From Podarcis pityusensis (Eukaryota): 64,000 nt of DNA. Below, piece by piece: positions 1 to 10,766 of the stretch (position 1 is its first letter; every line of letters begins with the position of its first letter). The stretch lies in assembly GCA_964106645.2 (NCBI GenBank), contig OZ067045.1; one strand, given 5' to 3'. The notes beneath the pieces were generated by a model that worked only from the letters and a program-made list of their open reading frames with translations, did not search any database and was not told the origin of the DNA. Position numbers and translations under genes: made by a program.

Positions 1-103
1 TTAGCGCCATTCAGAGGTGGGTCATTTGGCCTCATAATTTCACTGGCTGCGATTCGATGGCGTTGATATATGGTCAATGAGAAAAGAGGGACAGACTGTG
101 GTA

Positions 104-345
104 CAGTGGTACCTCGGGTTAAGTACTGAATTCGTTCTGGAGGTCCATTCTTAACCTGAGACTGTTCTTAACCTGAAGCACCACTTTAGCTAATGGGGCC
201 TCCTGCCGCCGCCGCACCGCTGGAGCACGATTTCTGTTCTCATCCTGAAGCAAAGTTCTTAACCTGAGGTACTATTTCTGGGTTAGCGGAGTCTGTAACC
301 TGAAGCGTATGTAACCTGAAGTGTATGTAACCCGAGGTACCACTG
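104..345. mobile_element. Tc1/mariner-type MITE (TIR CAGTGGTACCTCGGGTTA, TA TSD)
   Basis: Terminal inverted repeats with TA on both sides; about 10 copies in the window. Confidence 0.85.
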
Positions 346-847
346 TATATAGGGTCAGCTGAAGTATATACCCAAGAAGAGCCTTCCAGTTTTTCACCTG
401 TGAACTGGAAAGGGTATAAACTGGAGAGGTGGGGAGGGATGCCTCAGGCCTGGGAGCTGAATGTAACCCACTGGATCGTTGGATCTCAGAACTCTCCCAA
501 GGCCACACTCTGCTTTGTGCCCTCCTTGAGTGCGTTTGTCTGCCTGAGTGCAATGTATCCATGCACTCTGACAATATCTCTTGCTTTTCTGGGAGCGGGG
601 GAGAGAGCGTTACATATGGAAACTAGCCTGCTGTTCAAAGGTAAAATTCGCACCCACTGCTCCACCCACTTATGCCTCTGGCCCTCCCCAGCCTTGGCAT
701 GCGGCCCTCCAGAATGATGCCCAGAAAGGAATGTGGCCTTTGGACTCAAAAAAGGCTCCGCACCCCAAACAGTGTGAGTGATTCCAAGCATTTCAAATGA
801 GAGCAGGAAAAAAATACAATGCATTGACACGAGAGCAGTTGTGATGG

Positions 848-853
848 TTTATT
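848..853 (-). terminator. CTRC polyadenylation signal AATAAA
   Basis: tttatt on the plus strand shortly after the stop codon. Confidence 0.75.
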
Positions 854-906
854 GGTTGCAGTTCTGGATTTTCTCATATTGATCCACAAGGTCACGGTGT
901 GGGCCT

Positions 907-924
907 TCAGTTCTCATTCAGTTT
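907..924 (-). CDS. CTRC: CTRC exon 8 coding part (KLNEN*)
   Basis: Polypyrimidine tract plus TAG acceptor, 18-nt terminal coding segment typical of the family, AATAAA about 55 nt downstream. Confidence 0.82.
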   Translation of the reverse strand, partial: KLNEN

Positions 925-3900
925 CTAGAGGAGGAAAAAGAGACCAAAAATATAGATGTGAATTTGGGCATTAAAATTTAGGTATCAGAATACAGTAATT
1001 GCCAGGATGGGCCAGAAGCAAACAGCTTGCTGAACTCAGTCTTTGTTCCTAAACCACGGCTGACCAAATGCCCCTTCTGTATTTTCGTGTGGGGATTTTG
1101 GCCCCTGATGAAAATAAAACTTACGGTAAGTCATGACTTGACTTAAATCCCAGTGGGTTCAATGGAACCAAAGTTCAATTAATTAATTAAAAAATTTTTA
1201 AATACCCTCTTGGTTTATTTATTTTTTAAAAAAATACCCTTAAGCCTTAAAGCTGTTTGCAAAAAAGAAAACAATATACGGTAATCACCAGTAAGGACAA
1301 CCCCCAAAAAAGCTATTTAAAACATGCAAAGGTTAATTAAAATCAACAATAAACTGAAAACAGATTAAAAGACATGTCAACATTCTACATACCTGGGTAG
1401 ACTTGTCTAAGCAGAAATGTTTTAAGCAGGTGCTGAAAAGAATACAGTGAAGGCACCTGCCAGATGTCAATAGGCAGGGAGTTGCAAAGTTTGGAATTTA
1501 CAGCACAGTCCTACTTATGTCTACTGAAAAACAAGCCCTGCTGAGCTCAAATGGGGTTACTCCCAGTTAAGCGTGTCAATTAATCAGTTGGACTGAATCT
1601 TTCTCCCCCCCAAAAATAAAAAAATAAAACCAGAATATGCCAAAATGTTGATGATTTGACTGGGGACCATCTACTGTGCCCTAAAGCTGGAATGCCACTC
1701 CCAAACTGCTCACAATGAAATGATAAAAGATGCTTCTCAGTTTCTAACAAAACACAAATGCTGGATTTCAGCATTTGGACACTGAGAACTCTTTTGAGTT
1801 CTGAACAAGAAATTATGCAGACGCTAGATGTTAAAGTTTCCCAGACTGGCATTCAAGAAAAAGAAAAGTCAGCTGCACAAGTACGAATTAAGCCTTCCAT
1901 CCAGACCATTGCAGCTTTGCTGGGCAAAAGACGGGAACCTCACCTCACGAATCCAACCAACGTAAGCAGATACACGGGTGAAAACGGTCGGCTTCTTAGC
2001 GGTGTTGCAGCCCAACCCTGATCCAAAGCTCACGATGCCATGAACTTCCCAGTTGCTGCCGCCTTGGCAGTTCAAGGGTCCTCCAGAATCCCCCTGCCAG
2101 AAGAAAACAGGATGCATATACCTCTGTTTCCCTACTATGATCCAAGGGCTGGGCAAAATGGAAGTGGAGTCCTGGGTTGGCAAAGCTCACATTTGTGCTT
2201 GACAGGGTCCATAGGTCTGTGTGTCTGTTTTATGCAGGCTGAACATGTGGCTCTCCAGATGTTGCTGGACCACAACCCCACCCCCCATCATCCCTGAACA
2301 TTGGCCAGGCTGGCTGGGGATGATGGCAATTCAACAATATCTGGAGTGTTAGTGTGTGATGGAGGGGCACAGATTCCCCATCCCTGCCTTACAGCAGTTC
2401 CCAAACTATTTGAATTTCTGCCTGCAATGCAACTTGTAGGTAGGGCTTTCAGGGTTGGTGTTTGCACCCAACATTTCTCCCATATATTCTCTCTGTCCTT
2501 TGGCCCCATTCACCCCTGCCACTATCCAAATCCCCTTAAAAAGAATCCAACACACCTTGTTTCTCCATCCCTGCATATACACCATACGTTTAAAGCACAT
2601 TATAAATGCTGGAGAAAAGCAAATTCATTTCCTTCTCCTGCACTTCTAGATAATGCATGTTTTACTTTAACCACCAGAGGAAACTGGTTGTGTAGCATTC
2701 TAGCCAGCACTAGCTTGTAGCTTCTATGCCTATGTTAACTCCACCCCTAAAAGCTGAGCCATTTTGTTTGTTGCTCTCTCCATACAATATGTCTCTTATT
2801 TTCTCTGTCTCGTCTTCACACATTCCACAAACAGTTCCTGCATGAATAAAGCCTTTGAACTCCAGAAAGGGTAAGTGATTATTCCAATCTAATTCACCTA
2901 AGCTGCAAAGATCTGCTAACACAACTTCCTAAGTGGCTTGGCAAGGGTCACTTGGACTGAGTCGGGATTCAAGCAAGGACCGCTCTTTGTTTTCATGGAG
3001 GAAAATGTGCAAACTAATGAAACCACAAGCAACGTTCTTCAGAGTGAGAAAGTGGGGAAGGCTCTATGAGAAAGGAAGAGTTTGGGGAGACTTACGTTGC
3101 AACCTGAAACGACACCATCGCCTCCTGCGCACACCATTGTGGTCTTGACCATGGAGCCCCACCAGTCCCATTTGGTGCAAGTCTGATGATCTACCACAGG
3201 AAGCAAGGCCTGCTGAAGGTTGTCAGAGATGGGGCCATTGGCTACAGAGTGGAACAGACAGGAAAGTGGTAAGGAGTCTTTCCCAAAGAGTCAAAACCAC
3301 ATTTACACACAATCTGCTTGCCCCCGTATCCCACTTTGATCTGCCTTCTGGCCTTTGCCAGGCTACCTGAATTTATGAAATCAAAAGCTGGCAACTCTGC
3401 ATGAATATTGGGGAACCTTCTTTTGGACAGAAGGTCACATTACTCCTTGGGGTGCTGTTGGGGACCACATTTCAAAAGTGGGTGGGACTAGCCCCCCCCC
3501 CCCCGTGTGCAGGACCAGAAAGCCCACAATCATGCACCCTTAACACACAGACACACAGTCAACAGAGAGACACTTAAGAGTAGGGATGAGGAGGAACTTG
3601 GCTTGGTTTGGATTTTAATGCAAACTTATCTAATTTGCCTTTTCTGAATCAATAGGCAGACTGAAACACAGCTACTCTTCAGTATTCACACTTAATTGAA
3701 AGTTGTATTATAGTTCTCCAAACAAGCGGTGTGCAAAAAAAGTGTATCTTAGGAGAAAGTTTGCATAAAATGCATAGATTAGTAAAAACAACACACACAT
3801 ATATATTCTATTAGGGGAAATGGTTTGGTAAAAGAAATAAATGTGTATGTAAGGGGAAATTGCATCCAAGAATGTGTGTCTTAAGATAAATTCACTCTAA

Positions 3901-5516
3901 AATGCTGATGGTTTTCCATAGGTATTTAAAAAAAAAGAAATTTGCAAACTGATGCGGAAATGTGGAACACTGAACTTAAGACTGTAAAAATGAGAAACTG
4001 AGAGAATCTCAAACTGACAGATTCCTCCCATCTTCTTAAAGGCAGACAACACAGACACTGAACTGCAAAAAGTGAGCCTCCTTCTTAGTGTACAGAGAAT
4101 AATCCTTCGAGAAGTTCTGGGGGAGCTTTGGTACCTTGTATCCAATTGAAGTTGTACTCAGAGTAGACCCAATGAAGTGAATGAACATAAGTTAGTAGTG
4201 TTCATGAACTTCAATAGGTCTACTCTCAGTAGGACTGGCATTGGATGCAACCCCTAAGGTTTTTGTCCAGCTGTTTCCAGAATGCTCATGCCCAGGACAG
4301 GGAGCACCCAACTTACTCCAGAGTCGTCCCCATCCAGTGATGTAGCAGGGGTAATCCTGGGCTAGCACAGCGTCTGCGGCAGGGAGGCAAGAGGCCTGGA
4401 TTGTGTCACTGAACTGCACATGCTCAGCCAGTTTGAGGAGGGCAATGTCGTTGCTGAAAAGTGAAGCCGAGAGGGCACAGAGGTTTATGTTTTCATTTTC
4501 GAAAGCAGCTTTTCACCCAGAGGAGTCAAACTTAATATTCTCCAGCCTTCCCCAACCTCATGCCCTCCAGATGTTCGGACTGCAACTGCCATCAACCCAA
4601 GAGGGTGAAATCTGTCCTTCCCCTGGCAGCTTGCTGAATGATGGGGGGGGGGGAGAGAGAACGAGAGATTGAGAGACAGAAGAAGAGAGAGAGAACGGGG
4701 TGTCAGGAAAAAGGACAGGGAAGGGTGGCAAAAAGAGAGAGAAAAGGGGTGGAAGAAAGAGAGAAATGACTGGTACCACCTGACATGAGCGTATGCACCC
4801 CTGCAGCAGAATACCCACAGGAAATGCAATTCTTGTCAGGAGAAAGGTAAAGGGCCCCTGACCATTAGGTCCAGTTGTGGCCGACTTTGGGGTTGCGGCA
4901 CTCATCTCGCTTTACTGGCCTTGGGAGCCAGCGTACAGCTTCCGGGTCATGTGGCCAGCATGACTAAGCCGCTTCTGGCGAACCAGAGCAGTGCACGGAA
5001 TCGCCGTTTACCTTCCTGCCGGAGCGGTCCCTATTTATTTACTTGCACTTTGACGTGCTTTTGAACTGCTAGGTTGGCAGGAGCAAGGACTGAGCAACGG
5101 GAGCTCACCCCGTTGCGGGGATTCGAACCGCAGATCTTCTGATCGGCAAGTCCTAGGCTCTGTGGTTTAACCCACAGCGCCACCCGCATCCCATCAGGAG
5201 AAAAGGCACGCCATTTCTGCAACACTGCCTGCATTTGTTAAATCCACTTTTCAAGTTTTCTAAGCCAGCAGCCTGTCGGCATGCAGAGGGTCGCAAGGCC
5301 AGCTGGCTAGCCCCAGCTGGGTCGTCTCCTTCCAGCCGTCCCACTGCAAAGACCCATCGGCCTCTGCTCCAACGTAAATCAGCGACCCAGGCTTCAAATC
5401 CAGGGCACACTATATCAGCCCAGCAAACTGCGCACACAAAATAGGCGTGAGGCTTGTGGAAGCATACTACAACTACGGATTTATTAATCATAAACCAGGA
5501 CAAAGAAAGAAACATG

Positions 5517-5563
<47 letters not shown>

Positions 5564-8500
5564 TTTCTCAGAGAGACAGAGAATAGCAAAAGCTATACAC
5601 ACAACAGAAGTTCCCAGCAAGCTGTGCTGGAATGTAAACAGACATGTGACACGCAACAGTTCCATGTCTACTCCTTAAGGTGGAATGGAATATTCCCAAC
5701 ACAGCCATCATCGTATGTCTTAAGGCAGTGCTGGTAATTTGCCTGTCAGCAATGGCAAACCAATTTAACAGGTCATCCCGTAAGCAGACACCCCCCAAAA
5801 AACAACAGCAACACACTCAAGTTCCTATGTGATTTCTCTCACTAGCAAAACCAGATACCAGCAGGAATTATTTTGGCAGGATCAGGACTTGGGCAGCTGT
5901 TGCCTGACTTTCTGGATCCCACGTCAACTTACATGACCAAGAAGGAGTTCCACTTCTCGTGGACGATCAACTTTTCCACACCAACAGCCACAGAGCCGGC
6001 CTCCTCTACTTCCAGGTTTTGTTTGCCCAAAAGGACGCGGTAAGTCCGACTGGAGCTACAGACATAAGGAACAGGCAGTGATGTTGTGTGTGTATGAATA
6101 TCAAATGAAATGCAGATTCCTTGATGCCTTCCCAAAAGCTTCCTTCCTTTGTAAATTGAGTATTTTGTCTTCCTAGAAATGAGCAGGGTCTTTTGGCAGG
6201 GTGTGTGTCTGTGTGTTATTAATGGGCCAAGTTCAAGGTGTTAGCAGCTTAGGACTAGCTTACCTGCAAAATGCCTTTATTACCCAGTTGACTGCTTTGA
6301 TCCACGGAACTGGCACGGTTACAAGCACCATATAATATCTGTTCCACCTGATCAATCTTTTAGTGTGGCAGCACCTACACTGTGGAACTCCCTGCCTATT
6401 GACACCAGGCATGTTCCTTTGCTGTACTCTTCCCAGCACCTGCTTAAAACATTTTTGCTGAGACAAGCCTACCCAGCGATGAAGAATGTTGATGTGTGCT
6501 TTAATCTGTTTTTAGGTAAAGGTAAAAGGACCCCTGACCATTAGGTCCAGTCGTGACCGACTCTGGGGTTGCGGCGCTCATCTCGCTTTATTGGCTGAGG
6601 GAGCCGGCTTACAGCTTCCGGGTCATGTGGCCAGCAGGACTAAGCTACTTCTGGCAAACCAGAGCAGCGGACAGAAACGCTGTTTACCTTCCCGTCGGAG
6701 CGGTACCTATTTATCTACTTGCACTTTGACGTGCTTTTGAACTGCTAGGTTGGCAGGAGCAGGGACCAAGCAATGGGAGCTCACCCCGTCGTGGGGATTC
6801 GAACCACCGACCTTCTGATCGGCAAGTCCTAGGCTCTGTGGTTTAACCCACAGCACCACCCGCATCTAGTTTATAATTAATTTAAATTTTATGAATGTTT
6901 TAAATCATTGTTTTTAATCAAAACTTTATTGTCCCCCTCCCCCTTTGTAAACTGCTTTGAAGGTTGTTGGCTTTTTGTTTGTTTTTTACAATCATGGAGT
7001 GTATAAATTTTTATGAAATAAATAAAACCAACATTTTATTGAAAGACATTTGATTGTGTGTATCACCCCCCCTTTTGAACCCATGACCCTGAGATTAAGA
7101 GCCCCATGTTTGACCGAGTGAGCTATCCCAGATCTCCAACCCCATATTTGCAAAATTCTCATTAGCAGTGATGAGCTATGAATGAACCGCTTTTGGTTCT
7201 ATCGGACATGTCAAACAAAACGCTCTTGACCTGAGAGTGCAGCATGATTTTGTTGGTATTTTTTTCAGCTTGAACAGAGGGACCTTATAGACTCCTTCCA
7301 TCCAGAAAAATCCTGTGGCCATTCTGAACAAGTTCTGAAATTATGTCACAAAAAAGTGACCTCCTGCAGTTGGCTTGCCCATTCTGCATTTTTTTTAAAA
7401 AAAAAAGTCTAAAAGGTTCGGCTCAGGGTTCAGTGGAACACATTGATGTGAAACAAGGAAATTTGAATGGTAGCGTGGGTAGAGCTGCCATATGTCTGTG
7501 TTTTCCTGGACACATCTGGGAATCGGGCTGCAAAAAGTTGTTCAGGTGGGTTTTTGCTGAATCGGCAAAATGTCTGGGAAAACCTGTACATGTGGCAAGT
7601 AAGGCAGTTTTTTGTTTTTTAAATGCTTTTATAACCCCCACAAAAGTCCAAAAACTTAAATGGGGAGGGGGAGATCCCTCCCAAAAAATGCTCAACAACT
7701 TTGTCCAGATTTTCACTTTTGGGAATATGGCAACCCTAAGTGTGGGTGTTCCAGTATTGCTAGGTGACCGCTCCATTGCAACCTCAGGACCATTGCAGCC
7801 TGATGGGTTTCTGCAGTATCCTTGCTGTTGGTGGGGTGCTGCTTACCTGATGCAATGAGCAGCTGTCAAGACCCAGTTGGACTCAATCAGGGTTCCGCCA
7901 CATGTGTGAGCCCAGACGCCGTTCTTGTTGTACTGGAGGGAGACCTGAAAAGCAACCCCCCCCAAAGGCAGATGGCTGTTAGCTGTACGGGTCAAGAACA
8001 AATATTTTGATGTGTCGACCCGGTATCTTTGCCACAATATTGGCCCCACACCTTGACATTTCTTATATATCAATTCACTGCATTTATATCCCCACCTTTC
8101 CCCCCCAGTAATTCAAGGCAGCATGCCTGGTTCTGCAGCCTTCCCCATTTCATCCACACACCAACCCTGCGAGGTAGGTTGGGCTGAGAGGTAGTGACTG
8201 TCTCTCCTCCAAAGCTGGAAATGGGAGGCAGTGGCAACAGCCGACAAACAATTTCTCCCCTTCAGTATATAGATCCAGCCCACCGTGCTGGATCATCCAC
8301 TCTGCTAACAGGCCGTGATAATCTTCCTGTCCATGGCTGGGCCTGAGAACTTCAGAACCTGCAGCCGCTTCTACCACTTCTGGTGGCGAGATGTTCCGCA
8401 GGATGACACTGGGCCATTTCTCCCCTCCTAAAAAGCAAACGTGACGCTTGCACCACACGTGGGGGAAAAACATTGCGGATTTACCTGCCAAGGCCAGCTA

Positions 8501-9301
8501 TGGGGTCTGGCGTCCTCACCTCCGACAACACGGGAAATGTTGGGTGGATAAGCAGATTTGCCACAGCCGTGGGCTGGAAGAAGATAGCAGATGTGGGGGT
8601 GATGAAAGAGAAAATTAGGGAGAGGGAGGAGAGAGACAGAGACTGAGATGAGCATCTTGGGTACTACAAGGGAGCCAGAGCTGGACACATTGGTTTTGTC
8701 CATTATTGGTTTAATGAATCTGTTCATGGCTTTTTGGCAGAAGCATCCTTTTAAAAAAAGCTACCAGAGGCTATTTATTTCATTTATTTCTGAATTTATA
8801 TATTGCTTGATTGTAAACAACAACAACCTCAAAGTAGCTTACAAAAAGAATAAAAATGAAATCACCATTTAAAAAGCAGAACCATTTTAAACTGTCAACA
8901 AATAATAATTAAAACCAATGATAAGCTAAAGACCAGATTAAGCAGGTGTCAACGGTCTACATGTCTCGGTAGGTTTGCCTAAGCAAAACATTTTCAGCCA
9001 GCGCCGAAAAGAGTACAGTGAAAGCTGTTCCTTGATATCAATAGGTAGGGAGTTCCAAAGTTATGTTCATTTTGTGCAAATTTGTATGCTCTTGAACCAC
9101 GACGAAGCTCATCTTGGAGAGAGAGGCTACTTCACCAGAGACAAGAAACTGAATTCATTGCATTTCCAAAGAACTACTTTGGGCTGGGCTGAGTCTTGTA
9201 TCAATGAAAAGACGAATTGCATGCCAAACAGCCCCAACTTAACTGCACCAAAGACACTTACCGTAGCCCAGGATCAAAGCGATGAAAACCAACTTGAACA
9301 T
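907..9301 (-). CDS. CTRC: Chymotrypsin C (caldecrin), 8 coding exons, 266 aa: join(9262-9301,8485-8573,7847-7944,5933-6055,4317-4453,3096-3241,1944-2093,907-924)
   Basis: All junctions are GT-AG and in phase, 801 nt total. Signal peptide, CG...[16 protein letters not shown] activation site and triad motifs AAHC, NDIAL, GDSGG. CTRC-diagnostic segments [33 protein letters not shown] and VVDH. Syntenic with EFHD2 and FHAD1. Confidence 0.9.
1944..2093 (-). CDS. CTRC: CTRC exon 7 (GDSGGPLNC...[30 protein letters not shown], catalytic Ser195)
   Basis: GDSGGP motif, 150 nt, AG/GT borders. Confidence 0.93.
3096..3241 (-). CDS. CTRC: CTRC exon 6 ([49 protein letters not shown])
   Basis: 146 nt, AG/GT borders; absent from the ORF track, translated by hand. 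Confidence 0.93.
4136..4252. repeat. Short palindromic dispersed repeat (related copies near 12664-12776 and 57131-57246)
   Basis: TTGTATCCAA..TACTCAGAGTAGACCCA / TAGGTCTACTCTCAGTAGG..TTGGATGCAA. Confidence 0.6.
4317..4453 (-). CDS. CTRC: CTRC exon 5 ([12 protein letters not shown]...GWGRLW, catalytic Asp102)
   Basis: NDIAL motif, 137 nt, AG/GT borders. Confidence 0.93.
4843..5192 (-). mobile_element. Sauria SINE
   Basis: tRNA-like head with A/B boxes, (ACCTTT)n tail, TSD TCAGGAGAAA. Confidence 0.9.
5519..5559. repeat. (CT)n microsatellite
   Basis: Seen directly. Confidence 0.9.
5933..6055 (-). CDS. CTRC: CTRC exon 4 ([40 protein letters not shown])
   Basis: 123 nt, phase 2/2, AG/GT borders. 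Confidence 0.92.
6514..6866 (-). mobile_element. Sauria SINE
   Basis: Same family sequence and tail. Confidence 0.9.
7847..7944 (-). CDS. CTRC: CTRC exon 3 (VSLQY...[19 protein letters not shown], catalytic His57)
   Basis: TAAHC motif, 98 nt, AG/GT borders. Confidence 0.93.
8485..8573 (-). CDS. CTRC: CTRC exon 2 ([30 protein letters not shown])
   Basis: Propeptide Cys, trypsin activation site, AG/GT borders, 89 nt. Confidence 0.93.
9262..9301 (-). CDS. CTRC: CTRC exon 1 (signal peptide [13 protein letters not shown])
   Basis: ACCATG start, 40 nt, donor G|GTAAGT, TATAAA about 40 nt upstream. Confidence 0.88.
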
Positions 9302-9341
9302 GGTGACCGAGTGATGGTGATCCAGGGGTGAAGTCAGTGTA

Positions 9342-9347
9342 TTTATA
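9342..9347 (-). promoter_or_regulatory. CTRC TATA box (TATAAA)
   Basis: tttata about 40 nt upstream of the ATG; short 5'UTR typical of pancreatic zymogen genes. Confidence 0.7.
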
Positions 9348-10486
9348 ATGGGAACCAGCCTTGACCTAAACCAGGCTTAAATAACAGGCTATATCTGACC
9401 TTGCCAAGTTATCGCTTTGCAAATAGAAAGAATAAGGGGACAGCTTGCTCGAAGGCCCTGACTGGATCCCACACTCTGGTTGCTGAAACATCTCACAGCA
9501 GGGATGTTGTTCAAGTCCTTTGCACAGGCCTGAGACCTCCCCCTTTTATTTTAAGCTTAAATTTTCTTTTAAGCAGCAACAAAAATTGCTTCTAGGGTGG
9601 TGTTCTCTCTGGAAATGAGCCTGAATTTTTCATCTATCTATCTAAATCAGAGGTAGGGAAGGTTTTGAAGCCTGAGAGCCACATTAGTTTCTGGGTCATC
9701 TTCTGGGGTCCACATTCCAGAAGGAAAAGTGGGTGGGGCAATAAATATAGATGCAACCTCTTTGCAGAAGGCTACTTTCTACACACATTCAGCACACCCC
9801 TCATCTATGCAAGGAAGATCAGAGTTCATGGGGCATTTTCCAGCCAGGCAGAAAAACATCAAGGAGGGGGTGAAGCCGAGCTGGTGAGGGGCATTGCCAG
9901 GGGAGAGAAATTTAAATGAAGGTGTCATTAAAAAGAAACATGCCAGTTCAGTCAAAAGGGAAAAGATGCATTCGAGTGGGAATGATTTATTGTCAAGCAT
10001 TGTGACTCTTTTTCAGAGGCAACTGATTTCACATATTCTAAGGACTGGCAGCAGCTCTCCACAATTTCAGATAGGCATCTTTCTTGGCCCTGCCTGGAGA
10101 TGCCAGGGATTGAACCTGAGACATTTCCTCATGCAGAACAGGTGCTCTACCTTTGAGCCCTTTCTCCCAAATAAAATAAGACTATAGTTCTCATGGTCTC
10201 CAAACAGAAGGATGATTTTAAGAAGTTGCCTTTATAGGAAGTCCATCTAGTTCAATATTGTTCACACTGACTGGCAGCAGCTCCCCAGGATTTCAGACAG
10301 GGTTCTCTCCTACTCCTCCCTGATGGTGCTGAAAACTGAACCTGGGACCTTCTGCAAACCCCATGGTCCCTCCACCTGGTCCCAGGACCGGGTGCACTCA
10401 AAGTCTGCCCTGGCTTTGCCAGCTTGCTTTCAACTAGGCTGCCAAGGGCACCACCACACACACATCTTCAGCAGGCATCAAAGCCA

Positions 10487-10509
10487 TGGCCTTGATGGGA
10501 AAACAGGTG
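10487..10509. promoter_or_regulatory. Candidate acinar regulatory cluster: NR5A2 motif + RBPJ(L) TGGGAA + E-box CAGGTG
   Basis: TGGCCTTGA (reverse complement TCAAGGCCA) 10487-10495, TGGGAA 10496-10501, CAGGTG 10504-10509, about 150 nt upstream of the TATA box. Confidence 0.5.
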
Positions 10510-10658
10510 CTTGTGAGACTATCTTGGCATGGCCTTTGGAAAGCAGGAGACAGAAGCATTCCAGTTGCCACGTCTCCCAGTGGCACACAGCCAATGGGGA
10601 CCTTTCTGTTGCTGACAGCATCCTTGGCTGGATCTGCCTCTGATAGACCCACCCAGAA

Positions 10659-10663
10659 TATAA
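10659..10663 (+). promoter_or_regulatory. CELA2A-like TATA box (TATAA)
   Basis: About 60 nt upstream of a GCCATG start. Confidence 0.55.
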
Positions 10664-10723
10664 GATTGGATGGAGTTCATCTGTTGAGAAGAGCTGGACA
10701 CTCCACCCGAGGTGCCCTCAGCC

Positions 10724-10766
10724 ATGACTGGAGTCCTCTTCGCTGCTCTGGCGTTGGCCTCTGGGG
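10724..10766 (+). CDS. CELA2A: CELA2A-like exon 1 (signal peptide [14 protein letters not shown])
   Basis: GCCATG, hydrophobic stretch, phase-1 donor G|GTATGG. Confidence 0.8.
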
